This document shows positions 37,016-46,244 of a DNA stretch of 64,000 nt, one piece after another. This stretch comes from Candidatus Saccharimonadia bacterium (GTDB lineage: Bacteria > Patescibacteriota > Saccharimonadia > UBA4664 > JBBRNT01). The DNA lies in contig JBBRNT010000003.1 of NCBI GenBank assembly GCA_038230095.1, positions 9,811 through 73,810 on the forward strand, given 5' to 3'. The notes beneath the pieces were generated by a model. The model had not been told where the DNA came from. It saw only the letters and a program-made list of their open reading frames with translations, and ran no database searches. A program made the position numbers and the translations under genes. How positions within the stretch are numbered: position 1 is the stretch's first letter; every line of letters begins with the position of its first letter.

Positions 37016-37735
37016 CTAGTCGCGCTTGTCGCTACCTAAGCCGACCCGCAGGTTGGCTACAGCTGAATTAATAGACTTTTCGGCGGCACTTTTACCACCC
37101 AGGCCAAAGGCCAGGCCACCGGCCAGCGCTAGCATGGCGACAATGGCGGTAAACAGGCGGTCTAGGAATAGCGTATTTACGCCAAGCTGAGCCAGGGTCG
37201 TAAAGGCAACAATGGTCAAAATGGCGTACTTAGCTAGGTTCGAAAGGAATACCGAGGCGCGAGCGCCCACGGCGACGGCGCCGCTGAGTACTAGGCGGCT
37301 GGTCAGATCTGCGACCACAAATCCTACTAAGACGAGTACTGCAGCGACCAGAACATTGGGAACATATCCAAGGAGCTTGGAAATGACATTATTGACGTCC
37401 TCTAGGTGGGCAATTGTGAGGGCCTGGAGTAGAAACACGATTACAAAGAACCACTTCACAAGGTCCCCTATGAAACCGGCAATATCAAACTTACCAGGGA
37501 ATACTTTGCCAAGGCCTACACGGTCCGTGAGGCCCTTGAGCTTGATCGCGCGTAGGACGCGCACCACCACCGACTTGAGTACGACACCGACGACCACACC
37601 GACGAGCAGGACAATTAGAGCCGCCAACAGATCTGGCAGGAAACTAAATACTTTGCTGAGCGAATTGCCGACACCGGTAGATACCGAATCGGCCCATCCG
37701 CCTACAGAATTTGATTGCACACAACCTCCACTCAT
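37016..37735 (-). CDS. MscS-like TM-helix-repeat (CmpX-like) protein
   Basis: FLPDLLAAL, YVPNVLVA, GLAFGLGG; alternative GTG start 37720. Confidence 0.8.
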   Translation of the reverse strand: MSGGCVQSNSVGGWADSVSTGVGNSLSKVFSFLPDLLAALIVLLVGVVVGVVLKSVVVRVLRAIKLKGLTDRVGLGKVFPGKFDIAGFIGDLVKWFFVIVFLLQALTIAHLEDVNNVISKLLGYVPNVLVAAVLVLVGFVVADLTSRLVLSGAVAVGARASVFLSNLAKYAILTIVAFTTLAQLGVNTLFLDRLFTAIVAMLALAGGLAFGLGGKSAAEKSINSAVANLRVGLGSDKRD

Positions 37736-37807
37736 TATTACTTAATCCTGTCATACTCCTTATGGCGCCTGATTGTCAAATTATGCTACTTGCCGATAGG
37801 AGACTTC

Positions 37808-39166
37808 ATGCTTATGCTTATGCTGATGCGTGCAAGGAAACCAAAATTTGTGAAACACGGCCCGCGGGTAGTTACGCGTGAAGGCCAGAAGGGTATTGGC
37901 GGTCTGCTCCGTATCCTCGGTCCTGGCATTATTACTGGTGCTGCCGATGATGATCCGTCGGGTATAGCAACGTACTCGCAGGCCGGTGCCCAGTACGGCT
38001 TCCATATGCCATGGACTATGCTTTTCACCTACCCACTCATGACAGCGGTCCAGGAGGCCTGCATGCGCATTGGCGCGGTCACGGGCAAGGGGCTGGCGGC
38101 GATTGTGCGCGAGAACTACTCACGGCGCATCCTGTACCCGGTGGTACTGCTGGTGGTGCTGGCAAATACGCTCAATATTGGCTCGGACATTGGCGCTATG
38201 GCAGCGAGCGCTAAGCTGGTACTACCAGGCCTACCATTCTCGCTCCTTGCGGTGGCATTCTCGCTCGTCATGCTCATACTCGAGGTGTTTGTGTCCTACC
38301 GCACTTATGTGCGCATACTGAAGTGGCTGGCGCTGGCGCTGTTTGCTTACTTTATTACTGCTTTTCTAGTGGCGGTGCCGTGGGCGGAGGTGCTGCGGGC
38401 TACCCTGGTGCCTCACGTGGAATTTACTAAGGAGTACCTGTACATAATTGTGGCCATATTTGGTACCACTATCTCCCCGTACCTATTCTTCTGGCAGACG
38501 AGTGAGGTGGTGGAGGACGAGATAGCGGAGCACCGGCTACCGCAGAAGGGTGGTATCCCTAGGCTCACTAAGCCCTACCTGCGACGGTTACGCATAGACA
38601 CCTGGGTGGGTATGCTGTTCTCCAATGTGTCTGCCTGGTTCATGATTGTGGTTGGCGCGGTGGTACTGAACCATGCTGGTATTACCACTATTAATTCTGC
38701 GGCTGATGCAGCAAGGGCACTGGAGCCGCTGGTGCACACGTTCCCGAACGCTGGGGCGCTGGCCAAGCTTATCTTCGCGGTAGGAGTTGTAGGTATTGGA
38801 CTCATGAGCGTGCCGGTATTGGCTGGCTCCTCGTCCTACGCTATTGCTGAGACCTTTAGCTGGAAGGAAGGTCTGTCGCGCAAGTTCACCCAAGCACGCG
38901 GATTCTACCTGGTGATTATATTTGGAACCCTGGGTGGATTGCTATTTAACTTTGTAGGCTTTGATCCGATTAAGGCACTGGTGTTCACGTCAGTGTTCAA
39001 TGGTATTGCCGCCGTGCCACTCATCTTCTTGATTGCACGGGTCTCTAGCAGGGCGGACATTATGGGTGAACACAAAAGTGGCAAGTACTCTAAGGCTGGT
39101 CTATGGATAGCATTTTCGGTGATGGCAGTGTTTGCTCTGGCTCTCCTGGCCTCCTTTGTTATCTAG
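37808..39166 (+). CDS. NRAMP-like divalent metal transporter
   Basis: LGPGIITGAADDDPSGIATYSQAGA, GTTISPYLFFWQ. Confidence 0.9.
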   Translation: MLMLMLMRARKPKFVKHGPRVVTREGQKGIGGLLRILGPGIITGAADDDPSGIATYSQAGAQYGFHMPWTMLFTYPLMTAVQEACMRIGAVTGKGLAAIVRENYSRRILYPVVLLVVLANTLNIGSDIGAMAASAKLVLPGLPFSLLAVAFSLVMLILEVFVSYRTYVRILKWLALALFAYFITAFLVAVPWAEVLRATLVPHVEFTKEYLYIIVAIFGTTISPYLFFWQTSEVVEDEIAEHRLPQKGGIPRLTKPYLRRLRIDTWVGMLFSNVSAWFMIVVGAVVLNHAGITTINSAADAARALEPLVHTFPNAGALAKLIFAVGVVGIGLMSVPVLAGSSSYAIAETFSWKEGLSRKFTQARGFYLVIIFGTLGGLLFNFVGFDPIKALVFTSVFNGIAAVPLIFLIARVSSRADIMGEHKSGKYSKAGLWIAFSVMAVFALALLASFVI

Positions 39167-39273
39167 GCTCGCAAATGGTGACTGTCAGTAAGTGATTGTG
39201 GCTGTTTCGCAAAGTCTGCTATAATTTTGTTCGAATACCAGGTGGTGTTTCTAACCCGCAACGGGAGTACTAC

Positions 39274-39969
39274 ATGTTCGAGCAATTGTTTGGTTCAAAA
39301 ACCCGGGTCAAGCTGCTGAGCCTATTTCTGAATAATCCAGAACGGCCATACTACGTGCGCGAAATAACTCGCAAGATTGACGAGCAGATTAACTCCGTCC
39401 GTCGTGAGCTCTCCAATATGCTCTCAATCGGTATCATCAAATCTGACTCGGCCAATAACCGACTGTATTATCAGGCCAATACCAAGTACCAATACTATCC
39501 AGAGCTCCAGAAAATATTCTCAACAATCCCAATTAAGAGCCGCGTAGCCAAAGAAACCAAGGAAGAGGACCAGATAGCTACCAAGCTGCGTAGTACGGGC
39601 TCAATAGAGCTGGCCTTTCTGACGGGTAGCTTTGTCCGCGAGGACTATGTGAACATAGACCTGCTCATTGTAGGCGATGTTAACCGTGCGAAGGTAGGTA
39701 AGGTGGTGGGGGAGATAGAAAAAGAGCTGGCGCGCGAGGTAAACTACGCCATATTCACGCCAGCAGACTTTAACTACCGGATGACGCTGAATGACCGGTT
39801 TCTGGCTACGGTTATGGATGCCAAGCGCATAGTACTCATAGATGCCAAGGCTAATGACAAACCGGCGGCTATTGTGGGCCCTGACATGGAGCCTGACGAC
39901 GGATGGGGTGCGCCTGCCTTTGCGCCGATTAGCGATACCAATTTTACTGAAGATGAGGAGTTGATCTAA
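39274..39969 (+). CDS. wHTH regulator with nucleotidyltransferase-like domain
   Basis: LFGSKTRVKLL, YVREITR...QINSVRREL, IDLLIVG. Confidence 0.8.
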   Translation: MFEQLFGSKTRVKLLSLFLNNPERPYYVREITRKIDEQINSVRRELSNMLSIGIIKSDSANNRLYYQANTKYQYYPELQKIFSTIPIKSRVAKETKEEDQIATKLRSTGSIELAFLTGSFVREDYVNIDLLIVGDVNRAKVGKVVGEIEKELAREVNYAIFTPADFNYRMTLNDRFLATVMDAKRIVLIDAKANDKPAAIVGPDMEPDDGWGAPAFAPISDTNFTEDEELI

Positions 39970-40580
39970 TGGACATTACTTACCTAGGAGCTGGTTCAGT
40001 CCGGCTGGCTGCACGCGGGCTTAGCATTGTGTGCGACCCGGCTGCCGGGACCAAAGTGACAGGGGAGGTGGTAACCATCTCGAGCCCAGACGTGAAGGCC
40101 GCTACAGCTGGCGCTAAGATGGTGCTCGAGACCCCTGGCGAGTTTGAGATAGCCGGCAGCCTGGTTGTCGGTATACCTACTAGACTGCACGTAGACGAAG
40201 CCGGTGAGCGCGGGACGGCCTACACTGTAACTATCGAGGGCGTACGGGTAGCAGTTCTGGGCAACATTGCCCCTGAGCTGACGGGCGAACAGCTTGAGGC
40301 GATCGGTGAAGTGCATGTACTGGTAATCCCAGTCGGTGGTCACGGCCTTACCCTTGACGCTGAGGCCGCTGCCGCCCTGGTTGGCCAGCTGGAGCCACGC
40401 TATGTTATACCAGTCCACTACGACGACGGCGTTACCGTCTATCCTATTCCCCAAGACAAGCTAGACACATTCCTGTCAGCTGTGGGTATGCACTCCGAGC
40501 CAGTAGCAAAGCTAAAAGTGACGGAGAAGGATCTGCCAGCCGAGACGACGGTGGTGGTACTTGAGCCTCAGATGGGCTAG
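39969..40580 (+). CDS. Metallo-beta-lactamase-fold protein (Lactamase_B_3-like)
   Basis: MDITYLG, DP, PGEFEI, IPVGG, LEPRYVIPVHY; metal-binding His motif degenerate. Confidence 0.75.
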   Translation: MDITYLGAGSVRLAARGLSIVCDPAAGTKVTGEVVTISSPDVKAATAGAKMVLETPGEFEIAGSLVVGIPTRLHVDEAGERGTAYTVTIEGVRVAVLGNIAPELTGEQLEAIGEVHVLVIPVGGHGLTLDAEAAAALVGQLEPRYVIPVHYDDGVTVYPIPQDKLDTFLSAVGMHSEPVAKLKVTEKDLPAETTVVVLEPQMG

Positions 40581-40656
40581 CCGTCCGGCGAACTTCTGTA
40601 GCAGACATATACTAAAAAGCCCCCTGAGTAGGGGGCTTTTTAGTAGCTGATTGAGA

Positions 40657-40953
40657 TTAGGCTTGGGCGGGGGCTTTGGTCTTGCTTGTAGTCTTATTCC
40701 CAGCCTTAGTTTCGGTCTTGGTTTCCGCCTTGGCGGCTGTCTTTGCAGCAACGGCTTCGCCGGCCTGCTTCTTGTACTTGGCTAGAGTGCGGAGGCAGCT
40801 AGTGCAGATCTTGATCTGCAGGCGTGTTCCGTCGACCTCTAGCGTTTGACGCTGGAGGTTTGGTTTCCAAACTTTGTTGGTCTTGCGCTGTGAGAAACTC
40901 ACATTGTGACCAAACTGTTTTCCTTTTCCGCAGATTTCGCAGGCATATGCCAT
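40657..40953 (-). CDS. rpmB: 50S ribosomal protein L28 with K/A/T-rich tail
   Basis: CEICGK..QFGHNVS...KT..VWKPNLQ...CTSCLR. Confidence 0.93.
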   Translation of the reverse strand: MAYACEICGKGKQFGHNVSFSQRKTNKVWKPNLQRQTLEVDGTRLQIKICTSCLRTLAKYKKQAGEAVAAKTAAKAETKTETKAGNKTTSKTKAPAQA

Positions 40954-41033
40954 AAAGCACCGAATTAACTCTCCGATATTAGCTTATCTAGAGAGAAATG
41001 TCAATCTGATCGTAGGTGAGGTAGAATATGAGC

Positions 41034-41660
41034 ATGATTCTGGGTTTCGTGTACATATTTGTGGCGCTACTACTGGCGATTGTACTGCATGAGTTCGCGC
41101 ACGCCCTCGTAGGGCACTGGCTTGGCGATGGCACGGCCCAGGCGCATGGTCGGCTCACGCTGAACCCGCTGGCCCATATAGACCCGCTGACAACCGTTCT
41201 GATGCCTCTGTTGCTCATCATTGCCCACTCACCGGTGGTATTTGGTGCGGCGAAGCCAGTGCCGTTCAACCCCTGGGCGGTCCGCTACGGTAAGTGGGGG
41301 GTGGTGATGGTGTCGCTGGCTGGTCCAGCTACGAACTTTCTCATTGCCGCGTTCTTTGCACTCTGGCTGCGGGTGGGGCTGGTGGCGCCGGCTGGGTATG
41401 AGCTATTTATCCGGATTATTATTACCAATGTGGGGTTTGGGTTTTTTAATCTTATTCCGTTTCCGCCGCTCGATGGCTCACGTCTGCTATATGCCGTGGC
41501 GCCGCATGGGCTGCGAGACGTTATGGACCGGATTGAGAAGGCGGGGCTTGCCGCGGTGTTTGTGTTCCTGTTTATCTTGGGCCCATTTGTACTGCCGTAT
41601 CTAAATGTACTTATTGGCTCAGTGGTTCAGTTCCTGATCCCGGGTCTCACTAGTCTATAG
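41034..41660 (+). CDS. Site-2 protease (M50)
   Basis: HEFAH, GRLTLNPLAHID, AGPATN, NLIPFPPLDGS. Confidence 0.92.
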   Translation: MILGFVYIFVALLLAIVLHEFAHALVGHWLGDGTAQAHGRLTLNPLAHIDPLTTVLMPLLLIIAHSPVVFGAAKPVPFNPWAVRYGKWGVVMVSLAGPATNFLIAAFFALWLRVGLVAPAGYELFIRIIITNVGFGFFNLIPFPPLDGSRLLYAVAPHGLRDVMDRIEKAGLAAVFVFLFILGPFVLPYLNVLIGSVVQFLIPGLTSL

Positions 41661-41691
41661 TCGACAGGCGGCTCGCCCGGTATACTAGAAG

Positions 41692-41845
41692 GGTCTCTGC
41701 CTCATTCGCTGATGGCTGCTTATTTTTCTCTGTTATATTCTTTTTGGGAGCCTAAGATTGCTCCTGGCCTTGGCCTGGATGCTGCGGGCACCCACCTGCT
41801 ACTTGGCAGGGAAAGAATGTGCGGTCGGGCGGTGAAGCGGAGCGC
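41692..41845 (+). ncRNA. ssrS: Probable 6S RNA
   Basis: Rod: CTCTGC/GCGGAG, TCATTCGCT/GGCGGTGA, GGCTGC/GCGGTC; U-rich bubble; GGGAGCC/GGCACCC; ACCTGC...GCAGG; TATACT at 41681. Confidence 0.7.
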
Positions 41846-41924
41846 AATTATTTGACGGCTATGGCCGTCCTTCTCGTTGGCGATGACAAACGGGTCCTGA
41901 GTCCTTATAATGTGACAGTTGCTA

Positions 41925-42000
41925 CAGGGTGTAGCTTAGTTGGTAAAGCGCTGGGCTGGGGGTCCAGAGACCGCAGGTTCAAGTCCTGTCACCCTGACCA
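41925..42000 (+). tRNA. tRNA-Pro(GGG)
   Basis: CAGGGTG/CACCCTG stem, CT-GGG-GG loop, CCA. Confidence 0.95.
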
Positions 42001-42137
42001 AGTCAAAACCTGCCTTTCAGCTTGCATCTCTCAGACACGAGATTTCAGCTCAGGGCAGGTTTTTGGTTCCTGGGCAGCACGGGGGAGCTGTTTGTGACGT
42101 GGTTTTGTTTGGTGAGCGGCTGCGATAGACTAGTCCT

Positions 42138-42689
42138 ATGATTACGTTCCAACCCTACGACGAGCGGCACCACGCCGAGCAGCTGCGAGACTGGCTGAAC
42201 ACCCCCCATGTCTACGCCTGGTGGGGCAGGGAGCGCCTGCCTGAGTCTATTGGCGGGGCGGGGAAGGCCGCGGCCACGCTAGATGAGGTGCACCGAGACT
42301 TCGGAGTGGGTGATGCTGATACACACTATTACATGACGCTACTTGATGGCCGGCCAATAGGGCTTACACAGTGGTGCCGGGTGGATGACTATGCGGGCTA
42401 CCCAGAAATGTTAGGCGTGGTGGACGCTGTAGGGATTGATCTGCTGATTGGCGAGGAGGGGGCTACCGGTAGGGGTATTGGTACGCGGATAATCCGCCAA
42501 TTCACCCAGAAAGTGGCTATGCCGGGCTCGGGCTTGAACGTAGCTGTGGCGGACCCGGAGGAGGCCAATGTGGCGTCCTGGCGGGCATTTGAGAAAGCTG
42601 GCTACAGGCACATTAAGACATTTGAGGGTGAGCGCGGGCATGTGACACGGCTAATGATGTTCAGCGAAGAGCCTGCTTCTAGTAATTAA
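42138..42689 (+). CDS. GNAT acetyltransferase, AAC(6')-Ib/IucB-like
   Basis: WLN.PHV..WW, GIDLLIGE, GRGIGT, DPE..N.AS.RAFEKAG. Confidence 0.8.
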   Translation: MITFQPYDERHHAEQLRDWLNTPHVYAWWGRERLPESIGGAGKAAATLDEVHRDFGVGDADTHYYMTLLDGRPIGLTQWCRVDDYAGYPEMLGVVDAVGIDLLIGEEGATGRGIGTRIIRQFTQKVAMPGSGLNVAVADPEEANVASWRAFEKAGYRHIKTFEGERGHVTRLMMFSEEPASSN

Positions 42690-42734
42690 CCAGTAACATG
42701 GTTATGCTTGAGACAATTAACTGGAGCGCGTGCT

Positions 42735-43457
42735 ATGATGCGCCGTTTGCTGAATATTCGCCTGAGCTTCTTCTACCCAATTGTATTTATTGCTTTCCTG
42801 CTTATCCTGACACACATAAAACGAGTGACACTGACGAGCGGGCAGTTAACGCTCTTCTCGGTAAACTCCTTCCTATATGCCTACTATCTGGGGCCTATTC
42901 TAGGGGCTCAGAAAGCGCGCGTGGACGACCTGAGTAATACCGTACGATCAGAGAACATGGTCATGCTGGACATACTAGCGCAGGCCCATCTGCTGCCAGC
43001 AGCCGACCGCAAAGCGTTGAAAACCAGGGTGGCGGCCTACTTAGACAGTATTATTGGCAATCCAGATGTGGGGGCTGAGAATGAACACTATGATGCCTTG
43101 CTTCAGTTCCTGACTCAGGAGAAGTACAGGAGTAACTCGACTATGGGTACAATTCTTGCTCGATTCACGAAGACCCAAGAAAACCGCGATAAAATCTCTT
43201 TGCAGCTAGCACGCCGCATGTTTAGCCATGAGTGGATGGTGCTGCTGGTACTCTTCATGATTACCATCTACTTTATCGTTCAGGTTGACTATGGCAAGTC
43301 GCTGTTGTTTACAGTAATTGCAGCGCTCCTGTGCACTGGACTAAGCTTACTTATATTTATTTTGGCTAAATACGCTACACTTACCCATAAACAGGCTAAA
43401 CAGATCTGGAAGCCTCTCGAAAAGTTGCGCGCATCCCACTTTACGGATATTGCCTAG
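42735..43457 (+). CDS. Membrane protein (DUF4239/bestrophin-like topology)
   Basis: 2 TM, helical loop, 2 TM. Confidence 0.55.
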   Translation: MMRRLLNIRLSFFYPIVFIAFLLILTHIKRVTLTSGQLTLFSVNSFLYAYYLGPILGAQKARVDDLSNTVRSENMVMLDILAQAHLLPAADRKALKTRVAAYLDSIIGNPDVGAENEHYDALLQFLTQEKYRSNSTMGTILARFTKTQENRDKISLQLARRMFSHEWMVLLVLFMITIYFIVQVDYGKSLLFTVIAALLCTGLSLLIFILAKYATLTHKQAKQIWKPLEKLRASHFTDIA

Positions 43458-43641
43458 ACTGGTAACTATCGTTAGCATTGTTGTTTTAAATACAACAAAA
43501 GTTAACTCAATTCCACCTGAAAACACCAAGTAGGCGTTTTGAGGGCTGAGACTTGGGGGATGGCGTTGGTGAGTCTTCACATAGCTAGCACCTAGGACCA
43601 GAAAGATTGAAAAATATACTCGTATCTGGTATAATAGATAA

Positions 43642-44040
43642 GCTAGATTGCTAGATGATCGCTTAGGCTGCAAGGCCTGGGAGGAAAGTCCGGACAGCAT
43701 AGAGTAGGACGGTTGCTAACGGCAACCGGGAGTACGTTCGACCATTCTTTCTCTCGAGAAAAGACCGGTCGAGCCAAGCCTAGGGAAAGTGCCACAGAAA
43801 CGAAACCACCCAGCGTAAGCTGGGAACGGGTGAAACGCGCGAGGTAAAAGCTCGTAGTCGCCATGGGTGACCATGGTGGGAGGCAAACCCCGTCCGCTGC
43901 AAGGCAGTTAGTCTACCCCAAGGGGCGTTACTCGCGTCGACTAACGGGTGTCCGCACGAGACTATTGGCAACAATAGTCCCAGATAGATGATCATCGCCC
44001 TGCAAGGGGAGACAGAATCCGGCTTACCGGCAATCTGGCA
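43642..44040 (+). ncRNA. rnpB: RNase P RNA, type A
   Basis: GAGGAAAGTCCGG, GAAAGTGCCACAGAAA, GGGTGAAAC, GGCAAACCCC, ACAGAATCCGGCTTA; P1 closes the ends. Confidence 0.95.
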
Positions 44041-44112
44041 CTAGAATACTCACTCCTAGGAGAGAGTATTTTTGTTTTGAGCTATACTGCATTCAAAGTA
44101 TGGAGACGTGTA

Positions 44113-45105
44113 ATGAGTGCCCTGGAGCATGAAGGTAGCGAGCAGTCTGCAACAAGCATAGATACAGCACAACAGCTGAGTAGCGAGCTAGAGGCTATTC
44201 ACACTGTGGCAGAGGTAGCTGATGACAGTAGCGAGTCCGCTCCCCTCATGCCCGAGCGCGAAGCGGTGGAGCATGGCCACTGGTCCGAGCCATTTCCAGA
44301 TTGGATGGAGAAAATGCGAGATCCGGAAATGGGCTTCTATCCGGCAAAAGTGGCTGAGCTGAAGCGCATATTTGCCTTACTAGACCATGCCAGTGACGAT
44401 GAGTTGCGCATTGGTTTCGGCACCATCGGACTGCCGCCGGATGTGATTGCTACTATACCCGGGGACGAGCGCGAAGCATTTTGTCACCTAGATGACCTAG
44501 AGCTCCAACTCCCATTAGGATCTAAGAAGAGAATGGAAGAGGGGAGCTGGGAGTCGGGGGTTATGGCTCGACTCACCGAAAGGCTGCCGGATACATTTAC
44601 GCTCATTCGAGCAGATATGAAGCGGCTGGGAATAGAGGAGTGGGGCCTGGAACCGGTAGCTATTCGTGCAAATCATACCTACATGGTAAAGCCGCCGGGC
44701 GGTAACCCAGGATGGCACCTGGATAACCTCAACTCCGAATACGATCCTAGGACCGTACGGTACCTTATGACGGATAATCTGCCGACTATGTCGCGAGTTG
44801 GGGAGGCCCATGTCGATCTAGGTGATCATATGGCTCGTATCTATGATGAATTTACCGGGGCACCAATACCGGAAACAGTTAGGCCTATGCACTATAAGCC
44901 GGGTACCGGGCTTTCAAATCACCTGATGGTTAATCCTGGTACGGCTGTCGTTGGCACTGCGGGAGATAATTTTGATATTATGCGATTCGGTTTAGCGGAT
45001 GAGCATGTGGCACCTTTTCTTGAAGGTGCTGGTGCTGATACACCTCAGCAGGAGATAACCCGGACGTTTGTATTCTTACAGGCGGTACCACCAAGGCCAG
45101 CCTAA
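44113..45105 (+). CDS. Hypothetical 2OG-Fe(II)-oxygenase-like protein A
   Basis: PGWHLD...DEHVAP...RTFVFL. Confidence 0.6.
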   Translation: MSALEHEGSEQSATSIDTAQQLSSELEAIHTVAEVADDSSESAPLMPEREAVEHGHWSEPFPDWMEKMRDPEMGFYPAKVAELKRIFALLDHASDDELRIGFGTIGLPPDVIATIPGDEREAFCHLDDLELQLPLGSKKRMEEGSWESGVMARLTERLPDTFTLIRADMKRLGIEEWGLEPVAIRANHTYMVKPPGGNPGWHLDNLNSEYDPRTVRYLMTDNLPTMSRVGEAHVDLGDHMARIYDEFTGAPIPETVRPMHYKPGTGLSNHLMVNPGTAVVGTAGDNFDIMRFGLADEHVAPFLEGAGADTPQQEITRTFVFLQAVPPRPA

Positions 45106-45169
45106 GACTTCGGATTCCGGCATCTGGTACAATGGCTGCAAAAATCTATGCACAAGAAAGGCAATATAC

Positions 45170-46210
45170 ATGCAAGACACTACTGAACTACCGCAAAAAG
45201 ATGAACGAGCAGATTTCTCAGGTGCTTCGCTTGCATTGGAGCTCGAGGCCTCATCTAGCGCTAACCCTGATAGTGACGGGCTCCTGGTGCTCACCCATGA
45301 AGATGAGCTATCGCCAGAGTCCCAGAAATCTGCTGAGGAACAGGCGTTGGACCTGCAGAGCCCGCATTGGTCTGCTGAGTTCCCGGATTGGGTAGAGCGC
45401 CTATCCGATCCCGAGCTGGGCTACCACCCCGCCAAGGTCAAGGAGATCAGGCGAATTCTACATTTGATCGAGAATGCCGATGAAGACTCGTTGAGAGTGG
45501 GCTTTGGTACGGTATCTTTGCCGGCCGATGTGGTCGGACGAGTTCCGCAGTCGGAGCAGCAGGCGTTTCGGGAACTTGATGATCTAGAATTGGAACGGCC
45601 ACTTTCTCCAGATAGAAAGCGCCTAGATTCAGAGTATGGGCGCCGCGTCATGCAAGAACTAGAAGCACGATTACCTGAAACTATCGCTGTAATCCGGGAG
45701 GATCTTCAAAGGCTAGGGCTAGCTGATTGGACCATCGGCCTGTTAGCAATTCGAGCCAATCATCCAACAGATGCGAAGGGTTTTGGATGGCATATTGATG
45801 ATCTAAGTAGCGAATATGATCCTCGGACGCCGCGCTGGCTGATAGCGGACAGAGTAGCAACCAACTCCATGGTTGGCGAGAACCATATCTCATTTGGCGG
45901 CGTCCATGACAACCCATATGATCAGTACACCGGGAAGATTCGGTCTCTTAAGCTAACCCCTGCGACCTATAAGCCGGGTGACCCGCTAGCCAATAGATTG
46001 GGGAGCCCACAAGGAGCGGTTGTAGAGGGTAGTGCAGGAGGAAATTATGATATTCAGCGCTTTGGCTTAGCAGATGTACACTGTGGTCCGTATACTAATG
46101 ATCCTGCGGTTGAAGCGGCACTGAACACTGAGAAACGTACGTTTATCTTCCTACATGCCTTGCCGCCAGATCAGTTACCAGAAGTTTCAGTAGACTGCCC
46201 AAGCTCTTAG
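45170..46210 (+). CDS. Hypothetical 2OG-Fe(II)-oxygenase-like protein B (paralog)
   Basis: GWHIDD...DVHCGP...RTFIFL; collinear with A. Confidence 0.6.
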   Translation: MQDTTELPQKDERADFSGASLALELEASSSANPDSDGLLVLTHEDELSPESQKSAEEQALDLQSPHWSAEFPDWVERLSDPELGYHPAKVKEIRRILHLIENADEDSLRVGFGTVSLPADVVGRVPQSEQQAFRELDDLELERPLSPDRKRLDSEYGRRVMQELEARLPETIAVIREDLQRLGLADWTIGLLAIRANHPTDAKGFGWHIDDLSSEYDPRTPRWLIADRVATNSMVGENHISFGGVHDNPYDQYTGKIRSLKLTPATYKPGDPLANRLGSPQGAVVEGSAGGNYDIQRFGLADVHCGPYTNDPAVEAALNTEKRTFIFLHALPPDQLPEVSVDCPSS

Positions 46211-46244
46211 AGCCTGGTATCTGGTACAATAGCCACATCATTCT

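Noticed and set aside
42138-42689. Bona fide aminoglycoside resistance gene
   Set aside because: Only family-level GNAT motifs; substrate cannot be assigned from sequence.
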